Source of the DNA: Mizuhopecten yessoensis
Taxonomy: Eukaryota
Assembly: GCF_002113885.1 (NCBI RefSeq)
Contig: NW_018404481.1
Coordinates: 1,187,710 to 1,251,709, forward strand
DNA: 64,000 bases
Reading direction: 5' to 3'
Of the stretch, positions 51,955-64,000 are shown piece after piece (within the stretch, counting starts at the first letter, position 1; each line of letters starts with the position of its first letter). The position numbers and the translations under genes are program-made. The notes under the pieces are model-generated. The model searched no databases, had not been told where the DNA came from, and was given only the letters and a program-made list of their open reading frames with translations.

Positions 51955-53370
51955 TTTTAGCTGACCTACCCGAAGGGCAAGTGAGCTTATGTCATGGTGC
52001 AGCGTCCGTCGTCGGTCGTCCGTCCTCGTCCGTCAACTTTTCCTTTAAACAACTTCTTCTGCAGAACGGACATGTCTAGAGTCATGATATTTGACTGAAA
52101 GCTTTGTTGGTTGGAGCCCGACAAAGTTTGAGAACGAAAATGACCTTGACCTACTTTCAAGGTCACAGGGGTCAAATATGTCAAAAACTTTAAACGACTT
52201 CTTCTGAAGAACTAAAAGGTATAGAATCTTTATATTTGGCTGGTGACTTTCTGGGATAGAGCCCAATAAAATTTGAGAATTAAAATTAGTTTGACTTACT
52301 TTCAAGGTCACAGGGATCAAATATGTCAAATGCTTCAAACGACTTCTTCTGAAGAACTGAACGGTATAGCATCTTTATATTTGATTGATGACTTCCTGGG
52401 TAAGAGCCCGGCAAAATTTTAGGATGAAAAGGAACTTGACCTTCTTTCAAGGTCACATGGGTCAAATGTCTCAAACACTTCAAACGACTTCTTCTGAAGA
52501 ACTGAAAGGTATAGAATCTTTATATTTGGCTGGTGGCTTCCTGGGATAGAGCCCGACAAAGTTTAAAAACGAAAATGACCTTGACCTACTTTCAAGGTCA
52601 CAGGAGTCAGATATGTCTAATGCTTAAAACGACTTCTTCTAAAGAACAAAGTTATAGAACCTAAATATTTGGCTTGTAGCTTTCTGGGAAAGAGCCCAAC
52701 AAAGTTTGAGAATGAAAATGACCATGACCTACTTTTAAGGTCACACGAGGCAGATATGTCAAACTCTTAAAACGACATCTTCTGAAGAACTGGAGGGTAT
52801 AAAACCTTAATATTTGGCTGGTTATTTCCTGGGAAAGAGCCAAACAAAGATCGCGAATGAAAATGACCTTGACTTACTTTAAAGGTCACAGCGTTCAAAT
52901 ATGTCAAACGGTTCAAACTACTTCTTCTGAAGAATTAAAATTCATAAAATTATAATATTTGGCTGGTGACTTCCTGGGATAGAGCTCACCTGAAGTTTGC
53001 GAATGAAAATGACCTCAACCTACTTTAGAGGTCACAGAGGTCAACAACATTTTAAAGGATTTGTTCTCAAGAACTAAAAGGAATGGATTCATAAGATTTG
53101 GTTGGTAGCATTTTGGAATAGAGCTAACCAATTTGAGAAGGAAAATGACATTAACCTACTTACATGGTCACAGGGAAAAATATGTCAAGCAACTTCTGAA
53201 GAAGAATCAAAAAGCATAGAATCTTATTTTGCTGGTTGTTTCAACAGATGGAGCCAACAAAGTTTGCGAGGGAAATATTTTAAGTGCAATATAATATTTA
53301 ATGAGAATATTTTGCTATCACGGCTTAAATATTCAGGTGAGCGATACAGGCCCTCTTGGGCCTCTTGTTT
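51955..53370 (+). mobile_element. Non-autonomous Helentron/HINE-like element with ~8 internal ~146-bp tandem repeats
   Basis: TTTTAGCTGACCT start, GTCC/GTC microsatellite, AACGACTTCTTCTGAAGAACT recurring every ~142-146 bp, end CAGGTGAGCGATACAGGCCCTCTTGGGCCTCTTGTTT. Confidence 0.85.
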
Positions 53371-55541
53371 AACATTCAAAACGCTGTTTTTTAAAATGTT
53401 ATTTAATCTTTATTACTTTTATTCAGAAAAGTTCCGCGAGGTATGGATTTCTTTTCATTCTTTTTTGAAATTATTTATCACAGCTGTAGTCAAACCGGGA
53501 AGCAAGAAAGAAAAATCCAAATGCACAGTTTCTGTTTGTGGCAGTGAAATGGGGATCCTTAAAAAAAACCCACAAAAAAGTCAATTATTTTTCCTATTTA
53601 CTGAATAAGCGCAGTGTAATTGTATGGATACCCGGAGTATGTTATTTCCTAGCAATTTCGTATTACGTAACCATTAAGTGAACGTGACATGTTTAAATGC
53701 GTTATAACGCTTCAGCTGCCACGAACGAACCAAACAAGATACACATGTACCCGCTTTCACGATAGAACACCGTTTCCATAGAGATGTCCTCACGTTTCTA
53801 TATTCAGGTACACAGGTGACGATGAAAATCAATAATTGTTCCAGCAGGGACGAATGTATATCATAATCGCTCACCTGTGCATTACTGTCACTTGGTGGCT
53901 GTTTACCTGTAATATGACATGGATTGTCTAGATCTGGAACCAGGTATAACGATGATCTAGGCACGGTACTTTTCAAAAAAAGAGAATTCGAAATGCTGGA
54001 AAATCGGGTTTACGATACTATTGATAACACATAAGGTAAGGTACAGTTACATATACCGTTTATATCAAACCATAGATTTATTGTGTCACAGCAAAGTGTT
54101 TGTAGTTATGCCGTTCCTTGTTTCAATCAAAACAAGCTCTAAACCGTCTCCACTAGAGCGAAAGAGTTTATCAGATAATGCAAAGAACTTGTCAATCGAG
54201 AGGTTTATTGTATGAGTGATGCCAATTCTCCACCTCTGGTAATGTTTTCTATATTTACCAAACTGTAAATTTATGTAAGGATCAACTACTTTTAAAGAAA
54301 GTACAGTATGTTGATATACATAAATTTATTAAAGGTTTCTTCTAAATAACTGGGTTTTTTTTTGCTGGGATATCGTTAGTTGAGGCAACATCAAAGCATA
54401 TATTCTGATTATCATAATAATTTGGGGCATGAAAGATACTGGTTAGTCATAGTGAATAAATTGCAGCAAGCAAAAGGGGAAATGTAAATCTAGTATGTCG
54501 TTGCTTTTATATGATTAGAACGTAAAATAAATGGTAGTCTTTAAAGACATTGTGATATTCTTGTTATCTCTACTAAGTTTTATGTATTGTTTAGTGAATG
54601 CTCAAGATTTTATTTATACACTCGTGACACACCAGGTGTGTTACAAGAGGTCAATGTCTTAATACATTTTAATTACATACAACATGTAAATATAGAATGC
54701 TACAGAATAATAGCACTACTATTATCTTATGTCACTTAAAGCCTTCATTGTTTTCTCTAGAAAACGACTAATTTTAGGTAAAACATTTAAATTACAAATA
54801 GAAATGATTCATTTTAGCTTAAAATTGCTGGGGGGGTTTAGTGTAATAATTATGGATGTATATATTTTTCTTATTGATGATATACAAGTATTTTGGCATT
54901 TTAACAAATAATGTGATTCATCACCTATACCTGTTTGACATAAAAAAAAATGCTGAGAGTTTCAACAAATGTTATATTTTATACAAGACATTGTTTGATG
55001 TCTTTGTGTTCATATCTAGATAACGTTGAATACATATTGAAAGTCTAACAAATGTTATATTTAATACAGGTCGTTGTTTTCATGTAGTTGTTTTCTTATC
55101 CAGATAATGTTAGCTTAATACTGACATTTTAGCCACTGTTTTGTTATTTGTTTCCGTATCTGGAATACGTACCGGAAATCTAAAGATAAATCCGGAAAAG
55201 TTGATATTTGATAGCTTAGCAACTGTCATATTTAAAATAGATCAATATTTGAATTCTTCTCTTTGTATTTATATTTTCATTTTTTTTTTTTTTTGTGGTA
55301 CATCCATTTTTAATAACAATTAAAGCATATTATTATATGAGATTCACCCTTACACATGTTCTGGTTTTTTTTTATAAAATCAAACTTAATAACTAAGAAG
55401 GAAAAAAGAAAACTAAAAATGGTATCTCCAGTGTTTTGGTACATAACAATTAATTTCATTGTTTATCTCAAATACAACCATTGTCCTAAAGCGATTTATC
55501 TATTGACATTTCTTCTAACATAACAAGTGGTTTTTGCAATA

Positions 55542-56008
55542 CGGGCGGATTGGTCGAATGGTAAACACTCCGGCCTTCCACGCAGGCGATCGGGGTTCGA
55601 TCCCCGAAGTCGTCTTACGCATGGATATTCAGAGAAAGTGTTTTTCTCCTACCCAAACAACTCCAACAACCCAGCTGGAGTATAAATTGGTCTGGGATGG
55701 ATGTTGCCGTATCTGTGCTGTAGCATTCAAGTGAGATGGCACTATAAATGATGCCGCTGGAAGCACGGTCCCACTACAAACAGAACACATTACTACTCCA
55801 GCACAGACGCACGCATACACACATAGGGAGATATTAGCCAGTTGGCATATGAATAGTAGTAAGCGCATGAAAAGGCAGCTCATGCGAATTCCTTAAAATT
55901 GCATTGATTAATGTATAAATTGTATATCTATGTACTGTTAAGCGCTTTAGAGGGGCTTAGTCTAGCTAGTTAGGGCGCTATATCAAATGTTGTATATTAT
56001 CATTATCA
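55542..56008 (+). mobile_element. tRNA-derived SINE with L2-like tail
   Basis: TTGGTCGAATGGT A box, GGTTCGATCCCC B box, tail AAGCGCTTTAGAG..GCGCTATAT.AAATGTTGTATATTAT shared with the L2 end at ~34190-34260. Confidence 0.7.
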
Positions 56009-58034
56009 ATACACATGTGATACATTGACATTGTATTTACTGATTACCGACAAAATGTCGACTAAAGCTGATGAAAACCTACAAGAATGTCTGTAGATAT
56101 CATATGCATAAAAGATTTTATACAAATACAAGGTAAGGAACGATCTATTTAAAAATTAAGTTTCTAGATGCAAAAAGTCAAGCAACGTAAACATTTCACT
56201 GCCAATTTGTCCATTTGATCGATTTAGGAAACATCAGTGGCGTTAAAGTCAAATAAAAAGTGTTAGAGAACTAGTGTTCGGACACAACAGTAGAAATACT
56301 GCGAAAGGGAAAAGAAGCATTTAAGGACGATGAAACCTCAATCAATTAAAATAATTAAAGATTTTTTCATAAAAAAAAATGTAAATCTCAAGATTCTATT
56401 TGGATATATTCGTACAATATCATACATTCTACCACGTCTTCGATATACCGATATTTTTTCTTTGGTTAATAACCATGCGTTATTGGACGCTATATCATGC
56501 GTGTGTATGTATTATTATCTAACAGACCAACGGTCTTCCAAAAACCTCTCCTGCAAATGTAAACAAGCGAGCCTTGGGACTGGGTCCCTTTGTCAAATGA
56601 GAGTACACGCATTTACGTATGTTTTTGAAGATTTCTTTAGCGGACTAACACATACGTTTCGATTTAACCTCTAGATCTACATTAACCCTGTCAAGCTCAC
56701 GATCAGAATGTTCTACCGAATTTACCGCAAAGGTGACTTGAAATAGTGTTTGTAAATCTGTCAAGTGCTGATTTCATGTGTTGACGAACGATGTCAATAG
56801 ATTGGTGGTTTGATTGAGTGAATTAAACATCTGCTTTTAAGCATGACGTCAGTGTTAATTGTTTATCTTCTGTCGACCAAACGGCGACAGTAACTGAAAA
56901 ATTAGACAAAATAGGACAACTGCTAACAGGGTAAGACATTACAAAAACTCGCAGCCTGTTGTAAAATGAGGACAAATAGACATCACGTGACAAATGTTGG
57001 TTCGCATAAAAGAACAGCCTAATTTATATAATCTTTTTATCTGGGCCACGTTATTGCTTATTATAGGCGGATGAACAAATATGACGACGCAAAAAGACTT
57101 AGTAGAATAGATATAATCAACATATGTTTTTATATTATGTTAGAACATTTTACTGGATTCGAATATGTTGGAGAAAAAAAAATAACTCCTGCTGTATTCA
57201 AATACATCTTAACTCACAAAATATTGATTTGATTTGCGATAAAATTCTTTCTTTAATTTGCAAATTTAGGTGAAATCTAAATGCATCATTTGTCACTGAC
57301 GGTCAAACAATTTTTTTAAACTCTAGATGTCTGGCGATTTTTTTTTAAATACCCATTAAAACATAGTTAAGCACCACTGACAAAATGGCTGCATGATTCA
57401 ATAAATGTTTAATTTGGCTCTCTGCACTAATTACCTAAGTTTTAAAAAAGTGTTTCTTTACTTCGAATGTCTAGAGGTTATTTTACGTAACAAAGACTGC
57501 TTGTGGACTGCCATTTCTGAGTCTGACCATAACCTCGTACCTAGAATATATTCTGGCATCGTTTGCATGAAACACTAGTTTAACAATGACTGATCTGCTG
57601 TAGGCAAAAGGTGAAGATTTGTAACGCTATGAAGCTTGAATTGGCTCGTTTCCGTTTTTCCGTTTTTCTGCATGACTTTCTTGATAGAAGTCGACAGCTG
57701 ACGGACAAACTGACAACAAAGGGTTTCTAAAGATGCCGGTTGATGAAGACTATGGATACGTTTTATGGCCGTCATCATGATATCCTTGGGAGCATAATGT
57801 TATATCTTTGTCTGATGTAAAGGTTGTTGCTTTTTATTATCCTCATTATTGTGCCTTGTGGTTCGGTATGAGGACGTGACATTGAGAAGTGACAAGTCAG
57901 TGACAGTTGCACTCCATCAAGGAGATCTGTCACTTAATGGAAGATGATGATGATGACATAACTTGGATTTGACCTAAATTTCCCTGTCGGGTGTCATTGA
58001 TGAGAGCAAAAGACGCCTACCCTTCCGGAACACC

Positions 58035-58302
58035 TGGGCTAGTATTCATGAAACCGGACTCATGCTTAAACTATGATTCTGTTCTCAAGGCCAATTTCTT
58101 GTTCCGGTAATAACTAAATAAAACTTTACATTTTGTAAATACATTTTGTAAGAATTTTGGAAAGACTTAACGCCGGATACCACTTTAAATGTTTGCATTT
58201 TACTGTTTATAAATGCACAAGTTTTTAGCGATTTACGGGAAAGTTGGTTTAAAAACGGAGTTCATGCTTGAGCCTGGGAGCGGCTTCATGAATATTGGCC
58301 CT
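58035..58302. mobile_element. MITE-like element
   Basis: GGGCTAGTATTCATGAA / TTCATGAATATTGGCCC terminal inverted repeats. Confidence 0.6.
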
Positions 58303-58411
58303 AGTTTTAATCCCGTGTTCTTTTTCAAGGGTTTTCATGTGAACTTTTGTTCATATTTTCTTTAATTTCAAATTATGGTTTTGTTAACACGTCAGTATTC
58401 TCTCTGTGTTG

Positions 58412-60149
58412 AATGTACATAGTGAAGATACATAAACATTTATGAATATGCTGAAATGTACATAGTGAAGATGCACGAACACTTATGAATATGCTGTAAT
58501 GTACATATTGAAGATGCATGAACACTTATGAATATGCTGTAATGTACATATTGAAGATGCATGAACACTTTTGATAGTGAAGATACATGAACACTTATGA
58601 ATATGCTGTAATGTACATATTGAAGATGCATGAACACTTATGAATATGATGTTATGTACATAGTGAAGATGCATGAACACTTATGAATATGATGTAATGT
58701 ACATAGTGAAGATGCACGAACACTTATGAATATGCTGTAATGTACATAGTGAAGATGCACGAACACTTATTAATATGCTGTTATGTACATAGTGAAGATG
58801 CATGAACACTTATGATAGTGAAGATGCATGAACACTTATGAATATGATGTTATGTACATAGTGAAGATGCATGAACACTTATGAATATGATGTTATGTAC
58901 ATAGTGAAGATGCATGAACACTTATGAATATGATGTTATGTACATAGTGAAGATGCATGAACACTTATGAATATGATGTTATGTACATAGTGAAGATGCA
59001 TGAACACTTATGAATATGATGTTATGTACATAGTGAAGATGCATGAACACTTATGAATATGATGTTATGTACATAGTGAAGATGCATGAACACTTATGAA
59101 TATGATGTTATGTACATAGTGAAGATGCATGAACACTTATGAATATGATGTTATGTACATAGTGAAGATGCATGAACACTTATGAATATGATGTTATGTA
59201 CATAGTGAAGATGCATGAACACTTATGAATATGATGTTATGTACATAGTGAAGATGCATGAACACTTATGAATATGATGTTATGTACATAGTGAAGATGC
59301 ATGAACACTTATGAATATGATGTTATGTACATAGTGAAGATGCATGAACACTTATGAATATGATGTTATGTACATAGTGAAGATGCATGAACACTTATGA
59401 ATATGATGTTATGTACATAGTGAAGATGCATGAACACTTATGAATATGATGTTATGTACATAGTGAAGATGCATGAACACTTATGAATATGATGTTATGT
59501 ACATAGTGAAGATGCATGAACACTTATGAATATGATGTTATGTACATAGTGAAGATGTATGAACACTTATGAATATGATGTAATGTACATAGTGAAGATG
59601 TACGAACACTCATGAATATGATGTTATGTACATAGTGAAGATGCATGAACACTTATGAATATGATGTTATGTACATAGTGAAGATGTATGAACACTTATG
59701 AATATGATGTAATGTACATAGTGAAGATGTACGAACACTCATGAATATGATGTTATGTACATAGTGAAGATGCATGAACACTTATGAATATGATGTTATG
59801 TACATAGTGAAGATGTATGAACACTTATGAATATGATGTAATGTACATAGTGAAGATGTACGAACACTCATGAATATGATGTTATGTACATAGTGAAGAT
59901 GCATGAACACTTATGAATATGATGTTATGTACATAGTGAAGATGCATGAACACTTATGAATATGATGTTATGTACATAGTGAAGATGCACGAACACTTAT
60001 GAATATGATGTTATGTACATAGTGAAGATGCATGAACACTTATGAATATGATGTTATGTACATAGTGAAGATGCACGAACACTTATGAATATGATGTTAT
60101 GTACATAGTGAAGATGCACGAACACTTATGAATATGCTGTAATGTACAT
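58412..60149. repeat. 43-bp tandem array, ~40 copies (ATGTACATAGTGAAGATGCATGAACACTTATGAATATGATGTT)
   Basis: Period of 43 counted directly; homogeneous centre, variant units at both edges. Confidence 0.95.
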
Positions 60150-60647
60150 GGTGTCTATGTTCATGAAAATGGAGTTCGTTTTGTACATTCAGACTAGAAT
60201 GATAAAACAAACAACCCCTAGATGTGTCCTCTGTTTCGAACCACTTAACTTGTAGTAATGTTTCCAATTTATAAAACCTTGTATCCATTTTCTACATTTT
60301 CCAAAACTTATTTGAATAATTCATACCTATCACATACCGTTGTCAGAGCGTACCGTGGGTAGATTGTAAAGGCTAGACGGACGTGACACAAGTACTATCG
60401 ATTATTTACCCTGTCTGTACTACGCAGGACGTTTACCTGCTAATGGTACGTTTGAAACAAAGGAAATCACTTCTACTGCTGTATATGTGCTTTCACTGAC
60501 AGTGGCACGTGGTTTTTGTGTTATAATGTAGCGGACAATAGCACTCTTCAGTTTAAAAAGGCCAAACGACGAAAACGGGTTCGAACATCAGAATATTTAC
60601 CAAACTTACATGGCCGTACTTCTTCTATCTATTTATATTATTTATTT

Positions 60648-60843
60648 TTGTGGTATATTTTGTCCATGTGTGTTGACACTATGGTATATTTTGTCCTTTT
60701 TAGTTGACACTGTGGTATATTCTGTCCGTGTGTGTTGACACTTTAGTGAATTTTATCCATGTGTTTTGACACTGTGGTATATTTTGTCCATTTCAGTTGA
60801 CACTGTGGTATATTCTGTCCGGGTGTGTTGACACTGCGGTATC
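60648..60843. repeat. ~31-bp tandem repeat (GTTGACACTGTGGTATATTTTGTCCATGTGT)
   Basis: About 6 units visible. Confidence 0.8.
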
Positions 60844-62413
60844 TGATGTTTTCTTTTGTATTTCTATCCAAACAATATTAACCGTTAGAAATAACAGGAT
60901 GTGAGTTATGAATAGGAAATCGTGTTCTGCTGCAGATATGTCCTATTATTTCATATGTCTATCACAAGGACAGTGACAGGCTCAAAAGGGATCACGTGAT
61001 CTGCAAAAGCTTGTATTAATCAGGAGGAAAAAATATGAAAAAAATTGAAAACTCCAATTGCCATTGCCATTGGATTGCCTTTATTTTACATTGATTAAAG
61101 TTTCAATTAAATGGACTAAACATGGAATTTTCCCATATTCATGTCGTTTTAATGAGACCAATTTACTTTTATGCTAAATATGATCTGTCTACACACGGCC
61201 GCTTGGGACGTTTTTATTATTTATTGATGATTTGTTCCATTAACATATCACATTGTTGTCTGAATTATTCAGACATAATTGATTTAAATGTTTTTGTGAT
61301 ATTTTTTGCCACAGAGATATGCGTGTTCTGAAATATTCTGTTGCAAATAATTCCGGTAGTACACACAACCTATCGGTGATAAGGAGATACTATATTACAT
61401 CACCTGATAACGTTAATGAAATAACTCCGTGTATTTTAAAGTGGTTCACGTATCATTAGGCTTTTTTTTTGTATCAAAACATTAATAGATTCTGCACGGA
61501 AAGTACAATATGTGGTGACAACCCTTTTGCGTTCGGATAGTTTTAAAAATATATCGATGTGTTGACGGCTTGATCAGGACCATTCGATTTCTTTGCGTTG
61601 ATACAGGACGCATTTCGTTGACGACAATTATGTAGCATAGCATAATACTAAGCTTTGAACTTTCTCTTGCTGATGTATATCTAACTCGATAACGAATGTT
61701 CAGTATTTTGAAAAAGGCAGAATTATCTATCACGCTTTCGATCTTTTTAGTAGAGGAATATTAAAGAAACTCCGCGGAAATCCGTGAATGGTTTTTTCCA
61801 GTGAAAGAGGAAAGGTCCTGGGGGTTTTCATTTCAGATTATTATATCGTTCGCATCTTATATACCAGAGGAATTAGGAAACAAAGTCTATAAATGATCAC
61901 TCATTGAGATGCTAAACAGTGTATTTGCATCACAATTTAATGTGAATCATTGACTAACAGATGTTGCATTTTACCTGTGTAGATACCCACATTGTCCAAT
62001 GTCAAGAAATTACCTGTCAACATTTGAATATATTGATTTTTCTAGTAGATATATTGTACAATTGATATGGCTAGACCAATTATTATGACTGTTGATATAA
62101 AAGGTTAAGAATAGATGAATCATGGTAAAATTAGTTAGGATGCAGCGTCTCAGGATAACTCCACATTGAAAAGAGATATTTTCTGTTTTATGGGGATTAA
62201 AAATACTACAGACACAGATCTGTTTGGGACAGTACCGTGAACTGTGACTGATGTCTGTCCATTGCTTAAATACGTGAAAATGTTCAGTTAGCCTGACTCT
62301 TTAAAAACAAATATCGATATACCTGTACAAAGCAGTACGAAACAAAATCAATAAATCATGGAAAACATTAAAAAAAATCAATCGTGTGTGTCGACAGGAG
62401 ATGTTAAATTGCA

Positions 62414-62603
62414 TATTCCGTCTTTGCGTATTGCAGAGTTATCTTCTCTTGGGAGGAGGTATTGATTGTTACGTCACTTGTTTGTGAGAGTAACGTCATC
62501 AATTTTTGAGAAAACGACGTAATTTTCTCACACCAACCAATGACGTAACAATCAATACCTGCTCCCAAGAGAAGATAACTCTACAGTACGCAAAGACGGA
62601 ATA
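62414..62603. mobile_element. MITE-like hairpin with ~60-bp arms
   Basis: TATTCCGTCTTTGCGTA..GAGTTATCTTCTCTTGGGAG.AGGTATTGATTGTTACGTCA and its inverse at 62541-62603. Confidence 0.75.
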
Positions 62604-64000
62604 GGTATTGAGAGTTAAACAGAAATTGTTTCTCCCCGACCCACCTTCTGTATATCGATCTAGGAAAACTGCTGATTTCAATAGTGACAACCATTCCATA
62701 AAGCTTATCTGATTTCGATGGTTATGCTTTAAACTAGAGTCTATCCATACATATGTTAAAATGTATTCTTATGTGTCAGAAAACGACGTGCGTCCACAAT
62801 ATTGTAAATGGTCTTAATAAATATGTTAATCGTTTTAACTGTACTATTGGTGTATGTATACTGTGATAATGCTTGAATGAATTGTTGTTTATTTTAGCAA
62901 TGTATTAATGCGTTCAATAGTTTAAATGATAATTATATATAATATATATAGTAAGTACATGTACACTCTGTGATATTGTTTAAAAGAATGAATTTAATCT
63001 AGAAATATTTTAATATGCTAATAGCTTAAATGTTATGTGGTATATGATTGTGATAAATATTGGGATAATGGTATTTCAAAGATCAACACCGGCCGGACAT
63101 TTCTTATGCATAGTTCTTAAACATTGTTAAAAGTATTTTATGATACATACATGTATTGAAATGTGTGGCATGTTAATAAAATATTTATTATTAATATTAT
63201 TATTGTTAAATAAAAATTATATTTCGAAATTTATAGGGGCCATGATTGATATTGTCGTAGACTCAGATCTTCATGATGGTAAGATATCAATCAAAATTGG
63301 GTTAGAAATACATCTTTCACAAACACCTGTTGCTTTTTAACAGATTGCTATTATCAGGTCAAACTGTCAACATTAGTTCCAGACTTAACAATAACTGTAA
63401 ATAACATACATACATGTTAATCGGTTATTGAAACAAACACGGAACCTTTGACTTATGTGTGCATTGGAAACTTGATCATTTGGGCTGTTTGGTTGTGCGT
63501 AGAGTGTAACCTGATATCTCGACAAATACGTATTTGGTTAACGTATACAGTGGACACTTGAAGTTTGGATTATATGTTCAGCAAAACATTGTATCGTGAA
63601 ACTGGATTCGTCAAAATTATTTGGTAAACAGGTATATGTATATCGTGAAACCTATCTGATTTAGGAAACTTGGTTTGTGTTAATAATTAACTGTTGAATA
63701 TTGATTTTTATGTACAATCTAGGAATATTTATCAAAAAGCCGTATTTGTCGAAACTGTTTGATTTTTGTCAAGTTAAACCCTTTTAGGTTTAACTTTCAT
63801 ATTTGTGCTTTCAATTTTTCTTAATTATTTTGTTCGTGTGCAAAATGGAACATTGGGTAATTTTAAACCATGTTAGTGTTTTTTATTTTTATTGATTTTT
63901 ACATCATAATTTCGTTTGTAGTTAGATTACACGAAATACTCGTATAAGAAAAAGATTGTTGCAGCAAAAAGTTTGTTACGTTAACAAGGATTTTAAAGAC

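Noticed and set aside
58412-60149. CRISPR-like array
   Set aside because: Contiguous 43-bp tandem units without unique spacers, no cas genes, eukaryotic context

Overview
AT-rich, intron-containing eukaryotic DNA. The repeat complement (Helentron/HINE-type elements with internal satellites, tRNA-derived SINEs, MITEs, CR1/L2 remnants) suggests a mollusc, probably a bivalve (inference). Four genes can be reconstructed by hand. (1) ARF6 (+, CDS 12045-18667, 175 aa): its second coding exon is present as two tandem 104-nt copies, each preceded by a U12 branch point and followed by a U2 donor, downstream of one U12 donor. This is a candidate mutually exclusive exon pair enforced by minor/major spliceosome incompatibility and is the main finding. 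(2) A 66-aa G-protein gamma subunit (-, 29896-31482) that the ORF track misses. (3) TRMT12/TYW2 (+, 31600-40722, 6 exons, 566 aa), head-to-head with the G-gamma gene with only 117 bp between the ATGs. (4) An intronless BTB-BACK-Kelch gene (-, 41698-43537) split by a single +1 frameshift at UUU-UGA. The window also holds a miniature LTR retrotransposon (TRIM) family whose LTRs contain a tRNA-like sequence, a 43-bp tandem array with an incipient 129-bp higher-order repeat, and many MITEs. Coordinates were counted by hand; repeat boundaries are approximate.
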